A DNA stretch of 64,000 nucleotides. Origin: Bugula neritina (lineage: Eukaryota; Animalia; Bryozoa). The position numbers and the translations under genes are program-made. Shown here in pieces: positions 54,790 through 64,000 of this stretch. Under the pieces are notes generated by a model. It worked only from the letters and a program-made list of their open reading frames with translations, had not been told where the DNA came from and made no database searches. The number at the start of each line of letters is the position of its first letter. The stretch's first letter is position 1. The stretch lies in the NCBI GenBank assembly GCA_964035545.1, contig OZ037770.1:868001-932000 (forward strand), in the 5' to 3' direction.

Positions 54790-57700
54790 ATGAGTGGTTA
54801 CTCAACACCTTCCAGTTCACCAAATAACCATAAAGGTATGTTTATACCTCTAATAAAGTACCTCGGAGACTCAGCTTTGCCTTTAGCGTTTGCTCTTTAG
54901 CATTTTCGCGGTTTTTTTGTTTTTGGGGAGTACATAAAACAACCTCAATAAATCTGGAGCGCGCGCTATGGCGCACCTATAATAATGCGGGCACGCCTGA
55001 ACATGAATAAATCGATAATCATTTGAACAATTATTATTCTCAGTGTTTCGTAGGACGTTGCCTCGGCAACTAAGGCTACAGTTTGAGTTTGGAGAATTAT
55101 ATAACTATTATACTATTAATACTAATAGCCTTACTTGTTATTGTTAATGTTATAATATTAATTATAATATTATTATTACTGAAACTGAAATATTATTAAC
55201 TACTACTAGTACTAGTAATACTAATAGTAATAGTAATACTAACAGTAACTGTAAGTAGCAGTACTCGATCTCACTCAATCTCATACTTATACTTATAGAA
55301 ATACTAATACTATTAGTATTAGTATTAGTGGTACTGATAATATTAGCACTATAGTAAGTGTAACACTAAATATAAATGTAGCCTAATATTAATAGTAGGC
55401 CCCCCATACTAATAGTAATAGTAATACTAATACTATTTAGTATTTGGGTCATTTTACTTAATTTAGTACACACTGGATATCTTCAGTTTTTGGCTATTTT
55501 TCACAATTTAGCTGGTAATGAACATGGTCTTTTGGCCAAAACTAGTAAAACACCAATAAATACACCTAAATAATCAAAGTTCTTTTTAATTTTGCTTCAT
55601 TTCCTATGTTTTTCCCTAATTATTCAGCTAGTTTTGGTTATGGACCGTTACGGTTTTTTCGTAACGGTCCGCACATATAGAATATTAAGTGCATATGACA
55701 ATGACCTGTGCTTTAATGTTGGGGAATCCCCTTCCGCCTTTTCTGTTATGTGTAGTTAAAACCAGCACATAAAAATAGCATGTATAGTAAATTTCAATTG
55801 ATTTTGAGCAAACTTTAATGTTAGGTCATAAGTTGCTGGTGTGTACTAAATGAAGTAAACTGACTCATTTAGATTTAGTCTTACTTTAGGTATAACTATA
55901 AGTATATTACTAATATTATTACTATTAGCATTATTATTTCTCTAAGTATGAGATTGAGTGAGTGAAACTGAGTACTACTAGTACTACTTACAGTTACTGT
56001 TAGCATTCTTAGTATTTAATTATCATACTCATAGTGATTACAGTGATAATTACTAAATTAGGTCTAAGAGTTAGAGCAAACCAAATTCTTCCAATTTGCA
56101 ATGGCCAAGCTACTTTTCTTAAAATTTTATTCAAATTTAATAAAGAAATATTAGAAATAAAGCATAGCTGAAAGTAAGCTAGTAATCATAGATTTATGAT
56201 TTTTTTTGGATTTATATTTTTCATGGGTCAATAATAGTTGTCCAAACTATATAAAAAATATATAACTTTCATTTATCAGTTCAGCCTAGGTTTTACTGTT
56301 TGTTCTTCACTACAATTCTAAGATAATTTAAGTTTTTCTTCCGAAAAACATCGCAGGTTTAATTTGAGACCGGTTTTCTAAGAATTGCCTAAAGCAACCT
56401 TTATGTACCGCTGCCTAAGATGCGTGCTGTATGCTCAAACAACGTTTAGAGTTAGACTCCCGACAGTTCATAGGTGGAACCCATGGCGTCAACTGAATCT
56501 GTACATTAGATATAGTGGTAGGTATATCCGTGAAAGGTTCCCTAAAGCTACTAACTCACTCTACTACTTCACCTGATTGCGAATAGTTATAGTTATAATT
56601 AGAGATTTTCCAAGTTTCTGCTTTAGCTAAAACGTGTGTTCAAAGATCCTCAGCATTGTTTTATAGTCATTGAAGCTATTCTAAAATTCTCTTTTGCATG
56701 CATAAAGGCTTTTAAAAGATTTCAAGTTCAGTTGTTCTCCTAGTAATTATTTACTGCTTGAAAAATGTCGACGTGTAGATTAAAAAATTGCCAGAGGTTG
56801 AATTTTTGCAAACTCCTCTGTACTGCTGAATAAGAAGAAAATTAATATATTTAATATTTTTTTCCTGGTTGAACATTATTTGATAATGAATTTGGTTATC
56901 GTTAATCTCTTCTTCGTTGGTTTCCAGGCTTCAGATGTTCTAGAGATTCCGGTTTTCTTTCCAGTAGCGGCAGTTCTGTAGATTTGGAAAGTGAGAAATT
57001 TACAGTAAGTTACCCTAAATATAGTAAGCAGCATGTGTTTAGTAGGTTACAGTCGATTTTTTGAGTGTAGCAGTAAGTAGCAGGGCGCATAGCGAGTTAA
57101 CGTAAATACAGTAGATACAGTCAGTACAAATGTGGTACAACTCACCTGGTTACCCATTTGTACCGATACGGCAGTGGTGTCCCCTCTCTCACTCATATAT
57201 ACTCTGTCTTCAAGGTATTCCCTTATGTTTTGATGAAATTATTAAATAAATATTTTTCAATTGAACTTTGACTCAGCCTGACATATCCACATGGTTAGTC
57301 TGTCTAAATCCCCCTCCCCGATGTTTGCACGAGTGTTGATTCAAAGCTCTGTTTCTTATAATCTAATTACTAGGTTTGTCTACCTGTTGCCATGACAACT
57401 GTTGCTAGGTTACTATATGTCACCTGTAGGTAGTGGTGGAAGGTAACATCGGAGTAGGGAAGAGCACCTTCCTAGAGCACTTGCAGCACAGCACCTCAGA
57501 CGTGGAGATCTACCCTGAACCTGTCGCTCTATGGAAGGACATCAAAGGACACAACGCTCTGGTCTGACTCTTCTACTTCTTTTATAGGCCAAGAGATATA
57601 TTTTGGGAGTTATCTGCTTTTTCTTATCGGAGTTTATGTTCGTAGGAAGGAAATATTATGGTGGATTCATTGTTTTGAATTTCATTACAGTTTGTGTATT

Positions 57701-58082
57701 TAAATTATAATTTCACAGCCCAAGTTTTCTCAACATCTTTTTAATGTGTTCCATTTTTTATTCATAACCAATTATTAGACAACTAAACACATTTGAAGAC
57801 GAGGAAAAAAATGCATTCAGTTTTCAAGCTAGAAGTCCGAGTGATGGTTCTAGTCTGAGAAACTAGACTATATTTATCATCTGCCTCAATTCTCCCTTTA
57901 ATTTAAGTTACGAGTGTAAAACTTTGGACTAGATTATAAGCATGGAGTGGAGATAGAAGAAGTAATTATCAAAGGTACTTCTCTGTTCACAGGAAATGAT
58001 GTATAAAGACCCGGAGAGGTGGAGCTTAGCTTTTCAGTCGTATGTACAGTTGACTATGCTGGACAATCACAATGCTAAACAG
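54790..58082 (+). CDS. TK2: Deoxynucleoside kinase / thymidine kinase 2-like, 5' part (the rest lies beyond the window or was not recognised)
   Basis: Exons 56928-57004, 57430-57561 (VVVEGNIGVGKSTFL P-loop; EPVALWKDIKGHNAL) and 57993-58082 (MMYKDPERWSLAFQSYVQLTMLDNH). First exon is 54790-54835 or 56403-56517, both phase 1. The ERS-motif exon was not found. TK2 versus multisubstrate dNK cannot be resolved. Confidence 0.88.
55446..55866. mobile_element. MITE family C, copy 2
   Basis: TIRs gggtcattttacttaatttagtacacactgg / gctggtgtgtactaaatgaagtaaactgactc; the left ~170 bp match 26550-26720. Confidence 0.75.
56403..56517 (+). CDS. TK2: Alternative first exon of TK2/dNK encoding a putative mitochondrial presequence
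   Basis: MYRCLRCVLYAQTTFRVRLPTVHRWNPWRQLNLYIRYS-G|GTAGGT: 7 Arg, no Asp/Glu; phase 1 matches the exon at 56928. Confidence 0.65.
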
Positions 58083-58089
58083 GTGATGC

Positions 58090-58708
58090 TACTAGTAGTA
58101 GTAGTACTAGTAGTTAGAGTAGCAGTAGTAGTAGTAGTAGTAGTAGTAGTTAGAGTAGCAGTAGTAGTAGTAGTAGTAGTACTAGTAGTTAGACTAGTAG
58201 TAGTAGTACTAGTAGTAGTAGTAGTAGTATAGTAGTAGTAGTAGTAGTAGTAGTAGTTAGAGTAGTAGTAGTAGTACTAGTAGTAGTAGTACTAGTAGTT
58301 AGAGTAGTAGTAGTAGTACTAGTAGTAGTAGTACTAGTAGTTAGAGTAGTAGTAGTAGTAGTAGTACTACTAGTAGTAGTAGTAGTAGTAGTAGTACTAG
58401 TAGTATAGTAGTAGTTAGAGTAGTACTAGTAGCAGTAGTGGTAGTAGTAGTACTAGTAGTGGTAGTAGTAGTACTAGTAGCAGTAGTGATAGTAGTAGTA
58501 CTAGTAGTGGTAGTAGTAGTACTAGTAGTAGTAGTGATAGTAGTAGTACTAGTAGTGGTAGTAGTAGTACTAGTAGTAGTACTAGTAGTAGTAGTAGTAG
58601 TATAGTAGTAGTTAGAGTAGTACTAGTAGCAGTAGTGGTAGTAGTAGTAGTACTACTACTAGTAGTAGTAGTATATAGTATAGCAGTAGTAGTAGCAGTA
58701 GTAGTAGT
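58090..58708. repeat. ~620-bp (GTA)n compound microsatellite in a TK2/dNK intron
   Basis: Seen directly; starts just after the 58082 donor. Confidence 0.97.
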
Positions 58709-58806
58709 TGTAGTATAATGTTGTTTACAATTGCTGAGTTATTTATATATCCTAACAGTAATATGCTATTAATACATATGTCGTAGATTTGTGATTCATT
58801 CCTATG

Positions 58807-58842
<36 letters not shown>

Positions 58843-59935
58843 CTTACACTTATGATCAGCAGTAGTTCTTTCTATGCTGTCATACTACTACTACCTATGG
58901 CATGTTATTGCTAACTCTATATGTCATAGAGTTAGCAATAACTCTATGTATATGTATGTATAATCTGACATAGCATGTTAGATTATGTCATATAATCTCT
59001 CTGGTCTTTTAACTAACTTTCCTCTTTGAGTTCTATATGCACCTGGAAGATTTAAATTTGAACTATTTTCAAATTGTGAACGTTTACTAGTAGACTGTGG
59101 CCTCATAAGTACTCATGCAACCTCCAAATCAGCAAATGTTTACTCAAAACATTGACTCACTGATGAGCTCAATAATAAACCACTTGCTATGTCATTAACA
59201 ATTAACTTGAAATCATTTCCATCCAAAGAAAACAAGTCAGCTGCTACTGTATGAAAAGGATATTTAGGTATCTCACTAGCCATCATTGGCTGCCTACATT
59301 GCTGCTCAATGTTTTCCCTACATTGCACGCATGACTGAATCATTTCCTCAATTTGATTGTTTATTCCAGGCCAAAACACCACGTCTTTGCCAATGCCTTT
59401 GTTTTCACAATGCCTTGATGTGACTTGTGTAATTTTTGCAAAATTTCTGTTTGTTTTGACATTGGTACTATCAGCCCAACAAATAGAAATTCATCACAAA
59501 TTCTAATTTCATTACGCCATGGCCAATATTTTCTCCCAACAAAGCTACATGATTTTTCATCTGGAGGCCATCCATTAATTACAATCAGTTTGAGTGCCTG
59601 TAATTCTCTGTCTCTTAAAACTGCTTGTTTGTATTCTGCTTTAGCTTTATCAGAACAAACTATGACTTTAGGCAAATTTTCATAGGATCAAATTCAGCAA
59701 CATTTACAAATGTCTCTACATCAGGATAGGATGCTTTACTAAGCATATCTTTGTTCACTTGCCTAGGATCTAAACTAAGTCTTATTTGATTGTTAGGATG
59801 TACTGTGAACCCAAACCTGCAGGTTCATTGCATTTTTTGATAACTTCTAATTCTTCGAGCTTACCAAGCTCTGTTTTTAGCTTTGGTTTTACATTTATGG
59901 GAACAGGCCCACTACTGCCAACTACTGGCTTAGCC

Positions 59936-61210
59936 TCAGGTCTTAGTGTAATGTGGTGTTCTATGTCTAATTTTCCAAGCCCCCTCAAAAACATCCTTTA
60001 ATTCTTCAATTATCAACTTACTGCTATCAGTATCTACTTGCTCTACATGATCTATTCCAATTAGACCAAGCTCCTTGATGGTGGGCAAGCCTAAAAGAGG
60101 TGTGTTTTTAGCAGTGGTTACATAGAACTCAGACTTGTAGGTTTTACCCCTAAAACTGAATGGCAGTTCTACGACTCCATCTACTGGAATAACATGACCA
60201 GTGTAGCCTGTGAGCTTTGTACCAGCTTTTCTAAGTTCCCTACTTACATCAAGATTTTCAAAAATATCTCTTGTCCAAACATTAACTTGTGCACCTGTAT
60301 CAACTTTCATGGCAACCTTAGTTTTACCAAAAACAAAATTTTCAAACCAAACTGAAGAATTGCATGCATTAAGTTTAACATTGCTACACAATCCTACATT
60401 AAACATGCATGGTTCCTCATTGACATCTGTAGTAGCATCTGGTACTTGTACAGCATTAGTTGTAGATTTCATTATAGACTTAGATCTACATACCTTAGCA
60501 AAGTGATTAAATTTACCACATTTGTTACAGGATTTTCCATACGCTGGGCAGTGTCTCCTTCTGTGACTAGATCCGCAGCTATGGCAGTTGTTAATAATAT
60601 CCATTGTATGTTTTTTTGGCTGAAAATTGTTTGAGTAATTTCTTTTCCTTATTGCATCTACATCTGCTGGTTGCTCTGGTGCAGCACTCGCAAGGTTTCT
60701 CTGTATTATCTCCTTGGCTCTCATGCGTTGTGTTACGTTTTCTAGCGTTAACTGATCTTCTGTCAGTTGCTGTAGCTCAATTGACAGAGCCTTGTCTTTC
60801 ATCCCTGTCAGCAATCTATATTTAATGTTATCATTTACCGCATTGCCAAATTCGCAATGTTGTGCTAAAGAGTATAGTGCCCTGATATACTCCTCATTGT
60901 TTTCATTAGGTTCCTGAGTTCTTCCATTGAACTGCACAATGTGATGTGCCTTGTTTGTCCTAGGTTTGAAATATGTGTCAAATGCTTCCTTTACCTTATC
61001 ATATTTCTTTCTGTCATCATTTGTGAGTGGTAGCTGTATAAAAATGTCCTCGGCTGCTTCTCCCATCGTATATAATAGACTGTCTATTTGTAAGTCGTCA
61101 GCTTCTTTTGACATTTTTGTCACATTGTGATATCTGCTATATCTTCGTATCCACTCACCCCATCCACTTGGGTTAGTGAAGTCAAATGATGAAGGTGCTC
61201 TGGTAGCCAT
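59936..61210 (-). CDS. Gypsy Gag-protease
   Basis: Gag N-terminus W.EWIRRYSRY; two Zn knuckles CHSCGSSH..C / CNKCGKFNHFAKVC; aspartic protease KVDTGAQVNV. Reading into pol is broken by one extra G in a G run at ~59980-59984. Confidence 0.9.
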   Translation of the reverse strand: MATRAPSSFDFTNPSGWGEWIRRYSRYHNVTKMSKEADDLQIDSLLYTMGEAAEDIFIQLPLTNDDRKKYDKVKEAFDTYFKPRTNKAHHIVQFNGRTQEPNENNEEYIRALYSLAQHCEFGNAVNDNIKYRLLTGMKDKALSIELQQLTEDQLTLENVTQRMRAKEIIQRNLASAAPEQPADVDAIRKRNYSNNFQPKKHTMDIINNCHSCGSSHRRRHCPAYGKSCNKCGKFNHFAKVCRSKSIMKSTTNAVQVPDATTDVNEEPCMFNVGLCSNVKLNACNSSVWFENFVFGKTKVAMKVDTGAQVNVWTRDIFENLDVSRELRKAGTKLTGYTGHVIPVDGVVELPFSFRGKTYKSEFYVTTAKNTPLLGLPTIKELGLIGIDHVEQVDTDSSKLIIEELKDVFEGAWKIRHRTPHYTKT

Positions 61211-61244
61211 TATTCTTCTTTCAGGTCACACACTTCTGACACCA

Positions 61245-61505
61245 TGTAATGTTTCTTGTTTGTTGTACGTTTGCGTGGGTAATAATTAAGATGAGACCAT
61301 TGGAATAATGTATCGTGACGTTTATTATTGTAAGGTATAAAGTATACAGCTTGACAGCATAGAAAGAACTGCTGCTGATCATAAGTGTAAGGTATATATA
61401 TATAACATAGGAATGAATCACAAATCTACGACATCATATGTATTAATAGCATATTACTGTTAAGTATATAAATAACTCAGCAATTGTAAACAACATTATA
61501 CTACA
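61245..61505 (-). repeat. Gypsy 5' LTR (261 bp)
   Basis: TGTAG...TTACA termini on the minus strand, directly followed by the PBS. Confidence 0.85.
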
Positions 61506-61627
61506 GGTACAGTAATAGACAAACTAAAAGTATACAGTTTATAAGTTGCTGGTATATAGTCAATTATATTAGTAGTTAATTGAGTGGTCATTAGATATAC
61601 ATTCTAATTAATAAATCTACTTACCTC

Positions 61628-61910
61628 AACCCTGTCTATCACTAGCTCTATGTACTCTATTCTGTGTGACTGGGTATAATATTACTTCTCTATTAAGTAT
61701 TACTGCTATTGTGCGAGGAGGGGTTACCGGTCAGTTTATCTGAATCATTCAGAAAAAGATCCTCATGGCAGAGAAAACAATAAACAGGTATATTTATTTG
61801 CCTATATAAACACTTTGAAATAGTTCTGTTTAAAGAGTGTTTGTTTGCCTATATTGCTTGCCTGTCATAGAAAAGCTTTCTCAGTTTCTATACACACATG
61901 CCTATGTATG
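61628..61910. repeat. Dispersed repeat family A, copy 2
   Basis: Matches ~8000-8310. Confidence 0.75.
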
Positions 61911-62044
61911 TATAGAAACTTGATAATTTTAGGCTCAGTTTTCTAAAATCATAATCAAATATACTTTCAGATTACAGTTGAAAAATAGCAGTCTGCAAAT
62001 ATCCCATTCATGCATGTTACTACAACATGAGCTGTATAGTTGCA

Positions 62045-62210
62045 TAGCAACAGCTATTAGTGTTGTGACATCTAATGTAAAACAGCTGGCCTTGGGTTTA
62101 TATGTTTATATGTTGTCATGGAGATGATAACGTCACTAAGCACATGTTTTATATCCATAGAATATTGTTAACATTCTATATAAACAAAGAGCCACAACAC
62201 TAATAGCTGT

Positions 62211-62216
<6 letters not shown>
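62045..62216. repeat. Short inverted-repeat (MITE-like) element
   Basis: atagcaacagctattagtgttgtg ... cacaacactaatagctgttactat (24-bp arms, 1 mismatch). Confidence 0.55.
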
Positions 62217-62288
<72 letters not shown>

Positions 62289-62289
62289 A

Positions 62290-63088
62290 CTTACAACACT
62301 TAGCACCCTAAAATCAGTGTTATGTTCTTGGGTTGTATAACATCAAAAGGACGTGTTGGTCGACTCAGTATTTGCTCTAGAATGATGTTAATACCCAAAA
62401 ATATATAGATAATCTCAATGCTAAACTTCTTCCAATTATAAAAAAAAAATTTAAATGAAGTTTACATGTTTCAAGATGACAATGCACTATGCCATCGGGC
62501 AAACACTATTAAAGAGTGGATGAAAATGCAGAGGGTCTCAATGCTCAACTGGCCAGCACAAAGCCCTGACTTGAAGCCTATAAAAAAATTATGGCCAAGA
62601 ATGGCTAAAATAGTCTCCTCAAAGAAGCCAACAACTTATAGAGTCTGTAATTCATGCATATGGCATCATGTCGTGACTGAAAACGAGTTGAAGAAGAATA
62701 AATAAGAATAAAGGCTGGTCAACAGAATATTGATATTAAAATTGAAAGCATTGTGTGTTGCAATGCTGCTATAAGGTGTATAACAAGTCACATATAATAT
62801 TTTTCTATATTTTAGGTAAAATATTCTGATATATCATACAGTACACACAAATTGTGAGAGCATCGAATAATTTCCGTATACGTATAGTATCTCATTGTTT
62901 CACCCAAATTTTGAGATGATGTAAAAAAGACAATAATAATTTTATATGAATGGGATTAGGAGATCTTAAGGATCATTTTGGTAGACAAAATGCTTATGGA
63001 TTAGGGCATTTATTATGTCGTAAAATTAGCTTGGAAAATTGCTATTATGGAAAACAGTGAGGTGTCCTTAAACTTTTTCACAGCGCTG
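62290..63088 (+). mobile_element. Tc1/mariner transposon, 5'-truncated and degenerate
   Basis: Catalytic-domain remnants GCITSKG..VGRL, FQDDNALCH and WPAQSPDLKPIK (N>K and catalytic E>K relative to SPDLNPIE); right TIR ...gtgtccttaaactttttcacagcgctg followed by TA. Confidence 0.88.
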
Positions 63089-63099
63089 TATACAGATAG

Positions 63100-63720
63100 T
63101 AAAGTCAGAGAAACTTACCTGAAATTGAAACTCACTAGTAAAAGTAACTTGAAGTTACAGAATTCATTTTTTATGTAGAGAAACTATCAGAGGAACCACA
63201 GAGCAAACATTCTACAGGATTGAGTGTTGAGTTGAAGAGAAAGCTTTATATTATATGTGGCTATATAACAAACCTATTGGTAATAGTCACTATTATATAG
63301 CCATAGAAAAATGTTTTCAATTCTTATACACAATGCAACTCATCATATGTGAAAGTTGATATTCCAATAGCGTCGCTTTGTGTCTTGATCTCAGCTTTGG
63401 CATCAGTTTTTTGTTTTATCCATGACTATAACAAGCCAGCCGTCAATACATAAAAATATTGATTATTCATTATTATCACAGAAAAACGTTTTCATTTGAG
63501 ACACGATACCATGCATTATGTGGAATTTGATATTTCAATAAATTTGCTTTGTGTCATTATTCAAACACAGGCTTTAGTTTTTGTTTGGATTCACATTTAA
63601 GGACCTTGCAGCTATTATTTCTCTTTTACCAAGCCATTAGCTGCTTAGTTACATTTACAATTCATTTGTGACAATTTTTCTTCTAACAGCACAGCTGCAT
63701 ATGGCTATTAATGCATTATT
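63100..63720. repeat. Dispersed repeat family B, longest copy
   Basis: Matches 34448-34860, 8845-9030 and the 32059-32345 modules. Confidence 0.8.
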
Positions 63721-64000
63721 TTTAGCAGTGATGAGTTTACAGATTCACAGTGTATTAATTTTAATCAGAGTGTATTAATATTATTATTGCACTTATATGC
63801 TATGACAATTTAAATATTATATAAGGAAAGGTGGGGCTATAGTTGAACCAAAAATTGTGTTTTGAGCATAAATTTCGACAAATTTTGTTTGCCAATCTAA
63901 AAACCACAACATGAAAGTCAGTCATAATTATGTTGCTGTTTTTGTTCATTAAAACTAAATGTATAGACATTTTACTCACTAAGATAAAGCCTTTGTTTCA

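Larger units (their letters stand above)
58709..61505 (-). mobile_element. Ty3/Gypsy LTR retrotransposon, internally deleted
   Basis: 5' LTR 61505-61245 (TG...CA); PBS TGGTGTCAGAAGTG at 61244-61231 (matches a tRNA-Leu 3' end); gag-protease ORF; RT start (PVPINVKPKLKTEL..VIKKCNEP), then a jump to the integrase Zn finger (HKSHQGIVKTK..FWPGINNQIEEMIQSCVQC) and a truncated core (FHTVAADLF); ends RTQRGKLVKRPERL. The second LTR copy (58709-58882) is partial and inverted. Confidence 0.92.

Overview
AT-rich eukaryotic (invertebrate-animal-like) genomic DNA with GT-AG introns; nothing here is prokaryotic and there is no CRISPR array. Genes reconstructed from splice sites and reading frame: PDRG1 (247-660, +); a ~1510-aa two-exon protein joining a pol-beta-superfamily (DUF294/GlnD-like) nucleotidyltransferase to a TPR solenoid that ends in ~13 near-identical 44-aa repeats with hypervariable positions (2340-7049, -); a secreted protein of unknown function (starts 38243, +); UFSP1 (46969-49299, -); AGK (50157-52457, -); and a TK2/dNK deoxynucleoside kinase (from 54790, +, continuing past the window) with two candidate alternative first exons. 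The rest is repeat-rich: a nested-palindrome non-autonomous hAT element with an 8-bp TSD, a decayed R4/Dong-type non-LTR element in a TAA tract, an inverted Penelope-like pair with two minimal hammerhead ribozymes, an internally deleted Gypsy element whose second LTR copy is inverted, a Tc1 fragment, MITEs, tRNA-derived repeats and micro/minisatellites. The best candidate for an undescribed system is the nucleotidyltransferase-TPR gene, which has a sensor-plus-enzyme architecture like a variable immune receptor. All calls come from reading the sequence; no database searches were run.
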